A DNA stretch of 62,523 nt from Salpingoeca rosetta (lineage: Eukaryota; Protista; Choanoflagellata): positions 1,555,895 to 1,618,417 of the forward strand of contig JAWQFM010000004.1 in NCBI GenBank assembly GCA_033442325.1, written 5' to 3'. A model generated the notes under the pieces. The model had not been told where the DNA came from, made no database searches, and saw only the letters and a program-made list of their open reading frames with translations. Both the position numbers and the translations under genes were made by a program. This document shows, piece by piece, positions 26,804 to 36,729 of this stretch. Every line of letters begins with the position of its first letter. Positions within the stretch are counted from its first letter, which is position 1.

Positions 26804-28027
26804 TCAGTCCTCGGCACCACCATTGTCCAAGGCCACGCTCACCGCAAAGATTGCGATTGTTGCTGTGATGCCATCGGCCAATGTCGCAAAGAACTCCGTG
26901 CGAGCCTCTCGACAAGTCACCAGATCCTCGATGTAGTCAGCGTCCATCTTGCTGGGGTATTGATGTACGTCCGGGCACTCCGGGAACGCAACTCTCAGCA
27001 CGACGCTCCATGCGACCGTGAATGTAATGACAACACAACACAGGATAACCCAACACGCCAGCAGCCATCCCGATCTGATGAGACTGTGGCCCCTTCGATG
27101 TTGGATGAGGGATAACATGATGGCCATAACCACTCCCAGAATTCCAAAGTTTGTGCTCAAGGCGGACAGCGATCGGCTTCGTGTGGCGAGGCAGTGCGCG
27201 TAGTTCTTGTATGCCTCACTCTACTCCATCGTGTCGTTGGTATTTTCGAGTTTGATGTCTGAACAGGTGCCGGGACTGCCATATGTGAGCAGCAATGCTG
27301 TCAGGACAATGAAAAGGATCAATCCAAGGACTCCAAGAACACCTTTGATGATGACTTTGCCCTTCCCAGCTCGAAGGAAAAAGTTCTTGAGTGTGGCCTG
27401 AAGGAGAACAAGAACACGCAAGCACGTGGGCGAATGAAGGAATAAGGTGTGAGATGGCCAAGCAAACAAACTGGCGCGCTGGTCACCGAGATGACGTGCA
27501 AGGCTACAAGAGGCACAAGAGCGAAACGGCACTACCGTTGAGGTTGCTCGCACCAGGATCTTTTCACGTAGCCAGACTGATTTGGCTTTGGCAAAGTGCC
27601 CGTCTGTGCGGTGGATGATCTTTGTCACTTCTGATGATGGAGGGTATCCAGGTGGTGGTCGGACAATGAACGGCACGTCGGCCAAGTACGAGTACACGTG
27701 GATGGTCTTCTGCAGTTCCGCCGCTACCGCCAACAGACGCACGGCTTCCATGCATGGATTGCTGGTGCCCTTGAACACCCTCAAAGCCCTGATGTCGCCA
27801 ACGTCGACGATTCTGTTGTGGTTCCGCTCAATCCAGCTGTCCAGGGCTGGGCCAGCCACACCAAACAGTGAACCCACATCTTTCGACTCACCCACTTCAT
27901 ACAGCCCATGCCTCAGAAGCAGATTGTCCAAGATGTTGCTGCCGCCTCCTTGTGGTGCAGGGCGCTTGTGCACCTCTGCATACAAGTCCACCCAAGGTCG
28001 TGGCGAAGCAAGTTGGTGAGCACACAT
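26804..28027 (-). pseudogene. OTU-like domain (catalytic Cys replaced) + 4 TM protein with one in-frame stop
   Basis: ATG 28027; intron 27553-27398; HGLYEVGESKDVGSLF..LLAVAAELQKTIHVYS..IIHRTDGHF; TAG at 27221-27223, then the frame continues through further TM helices to TGA 26804. Confidence 0.5.
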
Positions 28028-28655
28028 TGCTGCTTGCTGTTGTTCTTCGTTGTTTCTGGCTGGCGTGAAGTGGCGGGCGAGGGAGAGAGAGGTGAGTTGG
28101 GGAAGGGTTCGTTGAAAGGTTGAATGACAAATGGTTTGGCGAGACACTGTGGGAGGGCGTGTCTCACTACTCTTCCAAAGTGCAAAACAATTCTGTTTGC
28201 ATTTGCTTGCTGGCAAGCAAGATAAGAACGGTTGAGTCAGTCAGGTCTTCACGACACCCGACTTGTTGACTTGAACCAACGACCAAGCATAGATTGACAG
28301 AACGAGTGTGTGATAGATGTTTGCTTGCTTTGCTGGTGGATGATGTGATTTCTCTTCGGCACACGTCACAGCGTCACGGTGGAGAGGCCAGAGGTTGGCG
28401 TGTGGCAGCAAGCATTGAAAGGGAATCGAAAAAGGGCGGGTCTGTAGGACATGCGCTGTCACCCACAGACACGTGCAACTAATTTGAGCACGCTACCACA
28501 CTAGCGGAGTGGTGTGGTGCGATTGGCTCATTGTGCAGGAAGAGCAGATCTAAGGGGAGGAAGACATGAACCGCACTACCCCATACACATGTTAACTCCC
28601 ATCTACACCTCCGTCTTCTTCCGCCCCCCCCCACAACAACAAAGCACACATCCAC

Positions 28656-29915
28656 TCAACACCCTGCATCCACCACAAGGACGTCCTTCGAACTACTTGG
28701 CAGGCCATAGATGAGGCCGTTGTTGTTAGCAAGCACACCATCATACCACTTGTTGGTGCCAGCGTCCACAGCAAATGGTTCCAACAAGTTGGTTGTGTTG
28801 GTGCGTGGGTCCACGATGAGCACGCTTGACTCCATGGCGGGAATGCCAACGATGTTTCCATTTGGCGCCAGCAACCCTCCACGCCACTTGCCGTGCTCAG
28901 ATGAAAGGCCGGCGATGGAGGTCGTGTCTGTGGTGTTGGTGGCCGGGTCAATGACAAGCACCGATGTACTCTTGAAAGGGATGCCGTAGATGAGGCCATT
29001 TCTCGCACGCACGGTACCCTGCCACTTGTCGTCGCCTTCGAGCCCCGCGATGGAGGTGGTGTCGGTCGTGTTGGTGGCTGGGTCGATGATGAGCACGGAT
29101 TGGGGGTCGCGTGGAACGGAGTAGATGAGGCCGTTGTCCGCCTGCGCCCCGCCATACCACTGGCAGCAACCACTTGCAAACCCAGCCATGGTTGTGGTGT
29201 CAGTTGTCTTCATGGCCGGGTCCACAATCAACACAGATGAGGAACGCCACGGGATGCCATAGATCAAGCCGTTGTCAGCAGCCACCACGCCGCTGATCCA
29301 CTGACCAGTGCCAGCAGGGAGCCCGCTCAAAGTGATATTGTCCACGCTGTTGCTCATGGGGTCGATGATCAGAACGGACTCGGCATCGTATGGGAAGGCG
29401 TATATGAGGCCATCGTGTGCCAGCACGCCACCGCCCCATTTGCGCGCGTCTGGGGCCAAGCCAGGGATGGTCGTTGTGTCGGCGACATTGGTCGTCGGGT
29501 CGATGATGAGCACAGAAGCAGAGCGGTGTGGGATGCCGTAGATGAGGCCGTTGTTTGCCAGCACGCCACCAAGCCAGTCGGCGTCTCCTGTGCCGACGTT
29601 CGCCAGGGTGGTCATGTCTGTTGACGGCGGAAACCGGCGACAGAGGGCTTCCTGTTGCTGTTCATGCCGCTGCTGCAGCTCATCGTTGACACCCACCTGC
29701 TCCTCCAACATGCTGGCCTGTTGCTGCACCAACTTGAACATCTTTCCGACGTCCACGCCATTGACAAAGACGGGCTCCTTCTCTGGATCGCTTGTGTTGA
29801 TGTGCAGTGCACCTTCCTTATCCTCCTCCAATACCACCTCCCCGCACACGCGTGCAACGACGACCAGCACCAGCAACAGCAGGAGGGGTTGGAAGCGGGC
29901 AGCCATCATCATCAT
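28656..29915 (-). CDS. Secreted coiled-coil/7-blade beta-propeller family, copy E (intact)
   Basis: MMMMAARFQPLLLLLVLVVVARVCG signal, EEDKEGALHINTSDPEKEPVFVNG, 7 repeats, VLVVDAGC*. Confidence 0.9.
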   Translation of the reverse strand: MMMMAARFQPLLLLLVLVVVARVCGEVVLEEDKEGALHINTSDPEKEPVFVNGVDVGKMFKLVQQQASMLEEQVGVNDELQQRHEQQQEALCRRFPPSTDMTTLANVGTGDADWLGGVLANNGLIYGIPHRSASVLIIDPTTNVADTTTIPGLAPDARKWGGGVLAHDGLIYAFPYDAESVLIIDPMSNSVDNITLSGLPAGTGQWISGVVAADNGLIYGIPWRSSSVLIVDPAMKTTDTTTMAGFASGCCQWYGGAQADNGLIYSVPRDPQSVLIIDPATNTTDTTSIAGLEGDDKWQGTVRARNGLIYGIPFKSTSVLVIDPATNTTDTTSIAGLSSEHGKWRGGLLAPNGNIVGIPAMESSVLIVDPRTNTTNLLEPFAVDAGTNKWYDGVLANNNGLIYGLPSSSKDVLVVDAGC

Positions 29916-30264
29916 TATGACTGTGAACGGCGAGCTGGTGATGGCAGGCTTGTTGCTTGTTGCTTTTGCTTGCTTGCTTGCTGGCTGGATGCCTGCTTCT
30001 TTGCTTGCTGTTGTGCTGAGTGTGGGTGTGGAGAAGTGATGGAAATCGTACATCAGCCTTCTGCACAGACAGCAGGAAGCAGTGAAGCAGAGAAGAAGGC
30101 GTTTGGCTGTGCTGTGTTTGTGCTTGTTCTTTTGTTTGTGCTTGGTGCGTTCACACCAGACCATCTACCCCCCTTCATCTTCCCATGACCTCGGTCCTCG
30201 CAGAGAGAACGAGGTCACTCATGTGTCTCCCTCTGTCTCCCCCTCCTCTCACAGTCCTACAGTC

Positions 30265-31216
30265 ATGAGGCGATGTCCTTCCTCTTTCGCTTGCCTTACA
30301 CTCAGCACACTCAATGCCCTCCTTGCGCTGCTGTGCATACAACACCACCATCCCCAACCACAACAACGACAACAGCAGCAGCAACAACAATACGCTGTTC
30401 GCACATGCAGCGGTGATTGAGGAGGACGAGTGGGGCACCCTGTACATCAACACCACCACAGCCAGCAACAGCAACAATAATGTCAAGCACCAACCTCGTG
30501 TGCTGGTGAATGGGGTCGATGTGGAGCAAATGCAAAGTCAGCTGCGGGAACCCGCTCGCCTCGCAGACACGTTGCAGCTTGTGCTGGCTGCTGTGGCAAG
30601 CGAGAAGAATGTCATGGCCAGTACCTTGCTGCAGGCAGCAAACCCTGGCGTGGCTGTGTCCATTGATCAAGCTGGAAACATCGACGTGGAAGGACAAGGT
30701 CTCACATCATTCTCGTTTGGGGTCATGCAAGCCATCGATGGCGACGTGAACTTGTCCAGGAACGACCTCACTTTCATCGACTTTGGCCTGCTCTCAAGCG
30801 TCGGCGGAGACATGTCGTTGCACAACAACGACCTGACTCTGTTGGATCTCAAACGCATCACCCGCGTGGGTGGCTATATCCATGCCGACAGCAACGGGCC
30901 GGTTGACATCGACTTTGGCGCACTGACGATGGTGGGCGGCTTCCTCAGCCTCCGATACAACGTCCTCACGTCGGTCGACTTTGGCAACATCGTCAGCGTG
31001 GGCGGGAATATGTACATTGCCCGCAACCCCGCCCTCTCTTCTTTTCAGTTTGGCCAGATCACCAATGTGGACGGCGACGTTCTTCTCTTCCAAACCAGCA
31101 TCACCTCTGTGAATTGCACTGGTGTCACCATATCTGGATGCATGTGTGTGGATGCAGGGGTTGAGCTCACAAACTGCCCCTCAACATGCACGGGCGAACA
31201 CTGCTCGTGTTCATAA
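30265..31216 (+). CDS. L-domain/LRR-like repeat protein carrying the propeller family's N-terminal module; signal peptide is out of frame
   Basis: VIEEDEWGTLYINTT..RVLVNGVDV, short coil, about 6 GGxxxLxxNxLTxIDFG repeats and a Cys-rich end. The leader MRRCPSSFACLTLSTLNALLALLC (ATG 30265) is one frame off from the body. Confidence 0.75.
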
Positions 31217-31546
31217 GTGGCGCGTGTGTGTATGTGTGTGGGTGACTAATGTAAAGTAAGGTCTTGCTGTGTACTGTGCAGGAGATGAAGGAGCAAGTAA
31301 AGCGGAGAAGGTGAAAAGCCGAGTAACAACAATCAAGCAAGGGGAGAAGAGACAGACACAAGGAAGAGAGAGAACCATCCCTTAGTACTCCTTCACCGAC
31401 ACTGAAGTTCAGGCTGTATGTCGTGGTGCACGAGCCTTGTGGAGATCAAAGAAAAATCGAACAAAAGTATCAGACATGAATCTGTGTTCAAGGGCAGAAG
31501 GGTTGTGGTTCCAACACACCAAAGGAGTTGGCCGCTGCAGGGTCAA

Positions 31547-32770
31547 TTAACAGCCTGGATGAATGGTAAGGACTGAAGTTGCGTCAAGAGGCACCCCATA
31601 CACAAGGCCATTCGGTCCAACAACGCCATTGTCCCAGCGTTCACCACTCGATTCAGGGTCTGTGATGGCGATCATGCTTGAAGTGTCCACCTTCGTGTCA
31701 ACGATGAGGACGGTAGCTACATCGTGTGGGAAGCAAAACATCAGGCCATTGTTGGAGAGGACGCCGCCACTCCATTTGCCTGATTCTCCACCAAGCTCGG
31801 TGATGCTTGTTGTGTCTGCGGTGTTCGTGGCGGGGTCAATGATGAGGACTGCTGGTGAGTTGTGCGGAACTCCATAGATCTTGCCGTTATCCGCAAGCAC
31901 ACCACCAAACCACTTGTATTCATTTGGACCAAGGCTTGCAATCGTCGTTGTGTCTGTGGTGTTTGTGGATGGATCAATGATAAGAACTGCGGGAGAGTGA
32001 GATGGAATGGCGTAAATCTTGCCATTGCTCGCGAGTGTTCCACCACGCCACTTGCGTGTGCCGACCGCAATATTTGCCAGAGTTGACGTGTCCGTAGAGT
32101 TTGTGGTGGGGTCAAGGATGAGAACATTCTGAGAGTTATGAGGAATGCCATAGATTTTGCCATTGTTGGCAAGGACGCCTTCGTTCCATTTGGCTGCATC
32201 GGGTCCCAAATTTGCGATTGTCGTTGTATCTGCTGTGTTGGTGGCGGGATCCAGGATGAGAACCATCGAAGCATCCGACGGTATTCCGAAAATGAAACCG
32301 TTATCAGCAAGCACACCGCCCACCCATTTTCCACCAACGTCCGTGAGACCAGTGATGGAGGTGACGTCAACCGTCTTTGTAATGGGGTCAAGGATCAGCA
32401 CCGAAGATGAATGGGATGGTATGCCATACACAAGGCCGTTGTTGGCAAGCACACCACCTCGCCACTTATTAATGCCAAATCCTACATTCACATCCAAGTT
32501 GATTGTTGGATTCCTGTTGTTGACGCAGCAGCACGAGCGTTCAAAATACTCAAGACGTCTTTGCATTGTTGTCACAGAGGCCTCAACCCTTTGGTTCTGC
32601 TGCCCCAGCAACTCAAACATCAAACTCACATCAATGCCATTCACGAACACAGGTTGTCCGTTTGAAGCACTCAAGTGAAGCGCTCCAAGCTCATCAACAG
32701 CGAGCCGGCCCTTTCCACCACACGCCACTCGAGCTACAACCAAGAGCAACAGCGCAACAATCATTCTCAT
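31547..32770 (-). CDS. Secreted coiled-coil/7-blade beta-propeller family, copy F (intact, divergent, AT-richer codons)
   Basis: Signal peptide, VDELGALHLSASNGQPVFVNG, CCC, 7 repeats, VLTIHPGC*. Confidence 0.9.
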   Translation of the reverse strand: MRMIVALLLLVVARVACGGKGRLAVDELGALHLSASNGQPVFVNGIDVSLMFELLGQQNQRVEASVTTMQRRLEYFERSCCCVNNRNPTINLDVNVGFGINKWRGGVLANNGLVYGIPSHSSSVLILDPITKTVDVTSITGLTDVGGKWVGGVLADNGFIFGIPSDASMVLILDPATNTADTTTIANLGPDAAKWNEGVLANNGKIYGIPHNSQNVLILDPTTNSTDTSTLANIAVGTRKWRGGTLASNGKIYAIPSHSPAVLIIDPSTNTTDTTTIASLGPNEYKWFGGVLADNGKIYGVPHNSPAVLIIDPATNTADTTSITELGGESGKWSGGVLSNNGLMFCFPHDVATVLIVDTKVDTSSMIAITDPESSGERWDNGVVGPNGLVYGVPLDATSVLTIHPGC

Positions 32771-33090
32771 TCGAAGTCAGGGGGGAAGTAAATGCAGTGT
32801 CAAAGAAGCTTGCGGCAGTCACATTGCATGGTGTTCCACACACCGTGCGTCATCACATCACGCGTTTCTGTGAACCACGCCCCTTTCTTCAAACGGGAAT
32901 TTCCGGAGCCGCGTTCGCCACACCCCTTTGGCGCAGCACTTTTCGTTTGCGACATCCAGCAAGCCCCACCCCTTCAGCACACGTCATTTCGTTTTGTTCT
33001 GCCCTCGACTGTTGCCACTACTGCTATCGGCGCAATGCCTGTTGTCAAACTGCACCCGAAACGAACTTATGGCGCCCACGAAAGCACGAA

Positions 33091-34546
33091 ATGGCGGAGC
33101 GACCTGTGCTCCGCCCTGTGTCGATGGAACCAGCCTACAACGAGTTTGTGGTGAACAACAAGGAGAGTGCAACCGACGCCATCGAAGAAAGGAGGCATGG
33201 GATTCTTCAGGTCCTTAAGGACACGTTCGACGCTGTGAAGGGGCAGATGCAGGCGTTTTTGGACGCAGTGCACGAGGAGCAAGAGCGCAATCAAGGCAGT
33301 GAGTTTGAGGACCATGTGAGGCAGCAATACAGCGACGACGATGCTGACAGTGTTCAAGAGGTGGACGTACACGGTTAGTCCATGGCCCCACTCATTGCAA
33401 CCTAGTGAGTAAATCCTGTACTTGCGTTTGCAGCGGTGTCGTTTCTCACACTGTCGTTGGGATGTGATTGTGAGCAGGCCTCGAGTCAGACCTTGAAGAT
33501 TTCCCAAGTCTTGACAACGCGCAGAACGCGGGGGACGTGAGAGCCCCCATCGCTGACGTGCGCAACATCATCAAGGCGTTCAAGAAGCATCGTGCTGACT
33601 TCGAAGTGGAAGCATGTGCCATCGATGATTTAATGCTTCTTCTGTTCCATGTTAGTTTTCTCGCATGTGTGGAAGGGATGTGATAGAAAGATGGTAACCT
33701 TGCGATCATTTACCGTGCCAGGACACCTTTGGCGAGCTTCAAGACTTGTACCCGCTTGAAGCTGATCTCGACTTTGACGGGCTTCGCATCGACGTTGAAA
33801 ATGCCGCAGAAGACCTTGTGGAAGGAGCCGATGCATTCGCTGCTCACCACGACCATGCTGAGGCAGCACCTGGTGTCGGTGCGCAGGAGTATGGCGAAGC
33901 ATGTGCCACCGCGTTCCTGCAATGGATTGAAAATTCTGCCCGCGAGGCCTTGAGCATTACACTGCTTGACAAGTTGGAGGAGCTGCTCAACACGGACGAG
34001 CCACTGTGGCCACTGTATGTGGTGACGGCAGGCAAGCTTGATGACGGGAAGAAAAGGATCATGTATGTGGGAAAGAGCACAAACTACTTGAACCGCTTCA
34101 AGGGTGGGCACACTGCTTTCTGCAAGCTGCTGCACCCAGACTTCTCTGGCGAGACGCATCGTCCATTCGAAGTTACTCTGTTTGACGTCACAGTGAATGA
34201 TCAAAGGTTGGTTCTACACCGGCCACAACAGATGCACGCGTGTCGTATTGCATGGTGAGTTCGTTCGCTCACCCTTGCAACAAATGTTCTCGTATGCAGC
34301 TTGACAGGTCTCGACAATTCTGCGGACCTCCTGACCTGTGTGGAGCAGAGCACGATCTGGCGTTTTCGGTCTCCTTTGAACAGCGCAGATCAGGGTCGCG
34401 AGAACCTCAAACTCGAGAAAGCCGACAATGCGGAGCTTGCGAAGACGCTTACCATCGAGTTGGATAACGTCAGTGATGAAAAAACCATTTCGATGCAAAG
34501 TCCGCAACGAACACATGGTGACCTTCAGGCCAAACTTGCACCTTGA
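33091..34546 (+). CDS. GIY-YIG nuclease-domain protein, 4 exons, acidic N-terminal half
   Basis: Exons 33091-33373, ~33478-33650, 33722-34206 and 34300-34546 splice in phase. Motifs PLY..IMYVGKSTNYLNRFKGGH..LTCVEQSTIWRFRSPLN. Confidence 0.7.
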
Positions 34547-34924
34547 TATCACATCTGTGCACACGCTCAAACCCACCTGCACTGATTTGCGTACTGACCT
34601 AAACCCTCTGTTCTTGGTTCCCGTACGTTGACGTGACTTCACGACACGATTCGTTTCCTCACCGTGCGTTGTCGCATGTTCACTGTTTTTCGTGGGGGAC
34701 GATAAACCATGATGCCGTTTCTGTCAGATGATGTGACATCAACCTGGCCCCATCAAGGATGGCGGATGAAAGGAAAGGCAAGAAGAACGAAAACAGGGAG
34801 ACACTAAGAGTTCACCACACACGCACAGTTGATGCCACGCTGTCCGGCACCTCCTCAGATCCGGCAAAGCGCCATGTGCAGCATCGATGCTGGATACTGG
34901 CATGTTGCTGTTGCAAAGCGTTGT

Positions 34925-35140
34925 CACTTGCCAGTCGTACCACAGCTGCTTGTCCACAAACGCGTGGTGCAGGAAGAATGGCGGATCATGCGATGAATCA
35001 CGCGGCGAATCACGTGGCGAATCATGCGGCGAAGAATACGTTGCCATCCGTCCCGCCTGCCCACAAACACGTGCATGCCCTCGTGGAGCAGCTGCAACGT
35101 GTGCGAGGATGCCACCAATGCAACGTCCGCAAACGCCCGC
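34925..35140 (-). pseudogene. Tyrosinase (type-3 copper, CuB site) relic
   Basis: LHEGMHVFVG [frameshift] MATYSSPHD..DPPFFLHHAFVDKQLWYDWQ matches HxxxH..DPxFxxHHxxxDxxWxxWQ. Confidence 0.7.
34986..35033. repeat. 12-bp tandem repeat x4 (consensus ATCAYGCGGCGA)
   Basis: atcatgcgatga atcacgcggcga atcacgtggcga atcatgcggcga. Confidence 0.85.
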
Positions 35141-36729
35141 ATCGCCTCTGCGCGATGAAGAGGAGTGAGTGACAGTGCACTGTGTTGCCGTCTGTCGGCG
35201 CCGCCAACGATCCACACACAGGCGACGGCTACTCTTGCCTGGCAGCACATAGCGCGTCAATCGTCCAGTTTCAGCTTCGGATAGCCACGTTGCAGTTGCT
35301 GCTCTCCTCTCGCAGCGTCAGCGCAAAGGTGCGTGTTGGTGAACTGCGAGTCACATGTTGCTCTGCGCCAGCGTTTGCGTGCAGCAAAGATCGTCACGCA
35401 TGCACGCATCGAGCACGATGTGTATGAGCGCGAGAGAGCTGCTGAGTTGAGTTGGCTGTGGATGGTGGTGTCATTCAAAAGCACTCGCGCTGCAAAACAG
35501 GAATGGGATGGTCGCAGGAAGGCGCACGCACAGTGAACGTGAGATGGCTGCACTGCACAGTTCAGTAGTGTGTACGCATGTCTGAGAGAAAGCATGGTGA
35601 CAAGAGAAAGGGTAACAAAACATGCTGCATGTCGATCTCACATGGTCTCATGGTGGTTACTGCCAAGCCAGTGCAGCGCGAAGAAAGGTTGCCGTCCATG
35701 ATGATAACGATGAAGGAAAGGGAAGTGAGGTGTGGCCGTGCACGGAGTGCAGGAAAGAGGTGTCGTGACACTGCGCAGTTGTCTTCACGGTTGCTGCTGT
35801 TCTGCTGTCAGCATGCATCCTTGTTTGTGCCACTGCCAGTGGCTGTCATCATTCGGAAGTAAACGATGAGGTGGAAGAAGGAGGCAGCACACATTCGGAA
35901 GCACGCCGTCGTTGGCTGTCTGTGCGGGTGATGGCGGCCATGATGATGGGAGCAGCTGCTGATGCGGTGTGCAGTGTGGAAGCGACAGTGCTGTTGTTGA
36001 TCCACAACCAAACCAAGCCAACGTGCGCGACAGTACAAAGCACAACAAAACAAAACCCACACCTTGTTTTCTCTGTATTCTGCACCCTTGCCAAATCCAC
36101 TTGCGCGTGTTGCCAAAAGTGCCAGGTTATTCCTTCTCTTGCAAAGCAAATCATCGCAGGGCAATTAAATTAGGAAGGAAAGTGTTTGCGCAGAAGGAAA
36201 CACAGCCAGCAAAACTGGGAATCCTTTCCTTCCCTGGTGTATTGTTTTGTTTTGTTTTTCTCGTGTGTTTTCTTTTTCTTCCACTTCCTTCCTTCACTGT
36301 CCTTCCTTTGGTGTCAACATGCCGCGACCTCCTCCTCCTCCTCCTCCTCCTCCTCTCCCATGTGCTGCTGCTGTTGCTGCTGTTGTTCGCCCTCATCATC
36401 GCTGGGCGCTGTGCTTGCAGTTGCCACCACTGTTGCTGTTGTTGTTGTTGGCAGGCTAGTCGGTGACTCGTGTCCATGGCATCACGGCTGCTTGAAGGAT
36501 GCTGTGAGTGTGAGTGTGTGTGTGTGTGTGTGTGTGAGTGAGTGAGTGTGTGTGTGTGTGTGTTCTCGCCTTGTCCGCTCCGGTTGTGGTGCTCTTGTTA
36601 TCCTTGCGTTTTGGTTCTTTGCCACGATGTGCCATCTGCTCTGTTCACGATCGCACTTGCAGCTGCCACTGACTCACACCACCCCATTTCCACATCTCCA
36701 CCTCTCCACGTCTGATTCCCAACACCAAG

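Noticed and set aside
33091-34546. Penelope-like retroelement or homing endonuclease
   Set aside because: No reverse transcriptase and no group I intron context nearby.
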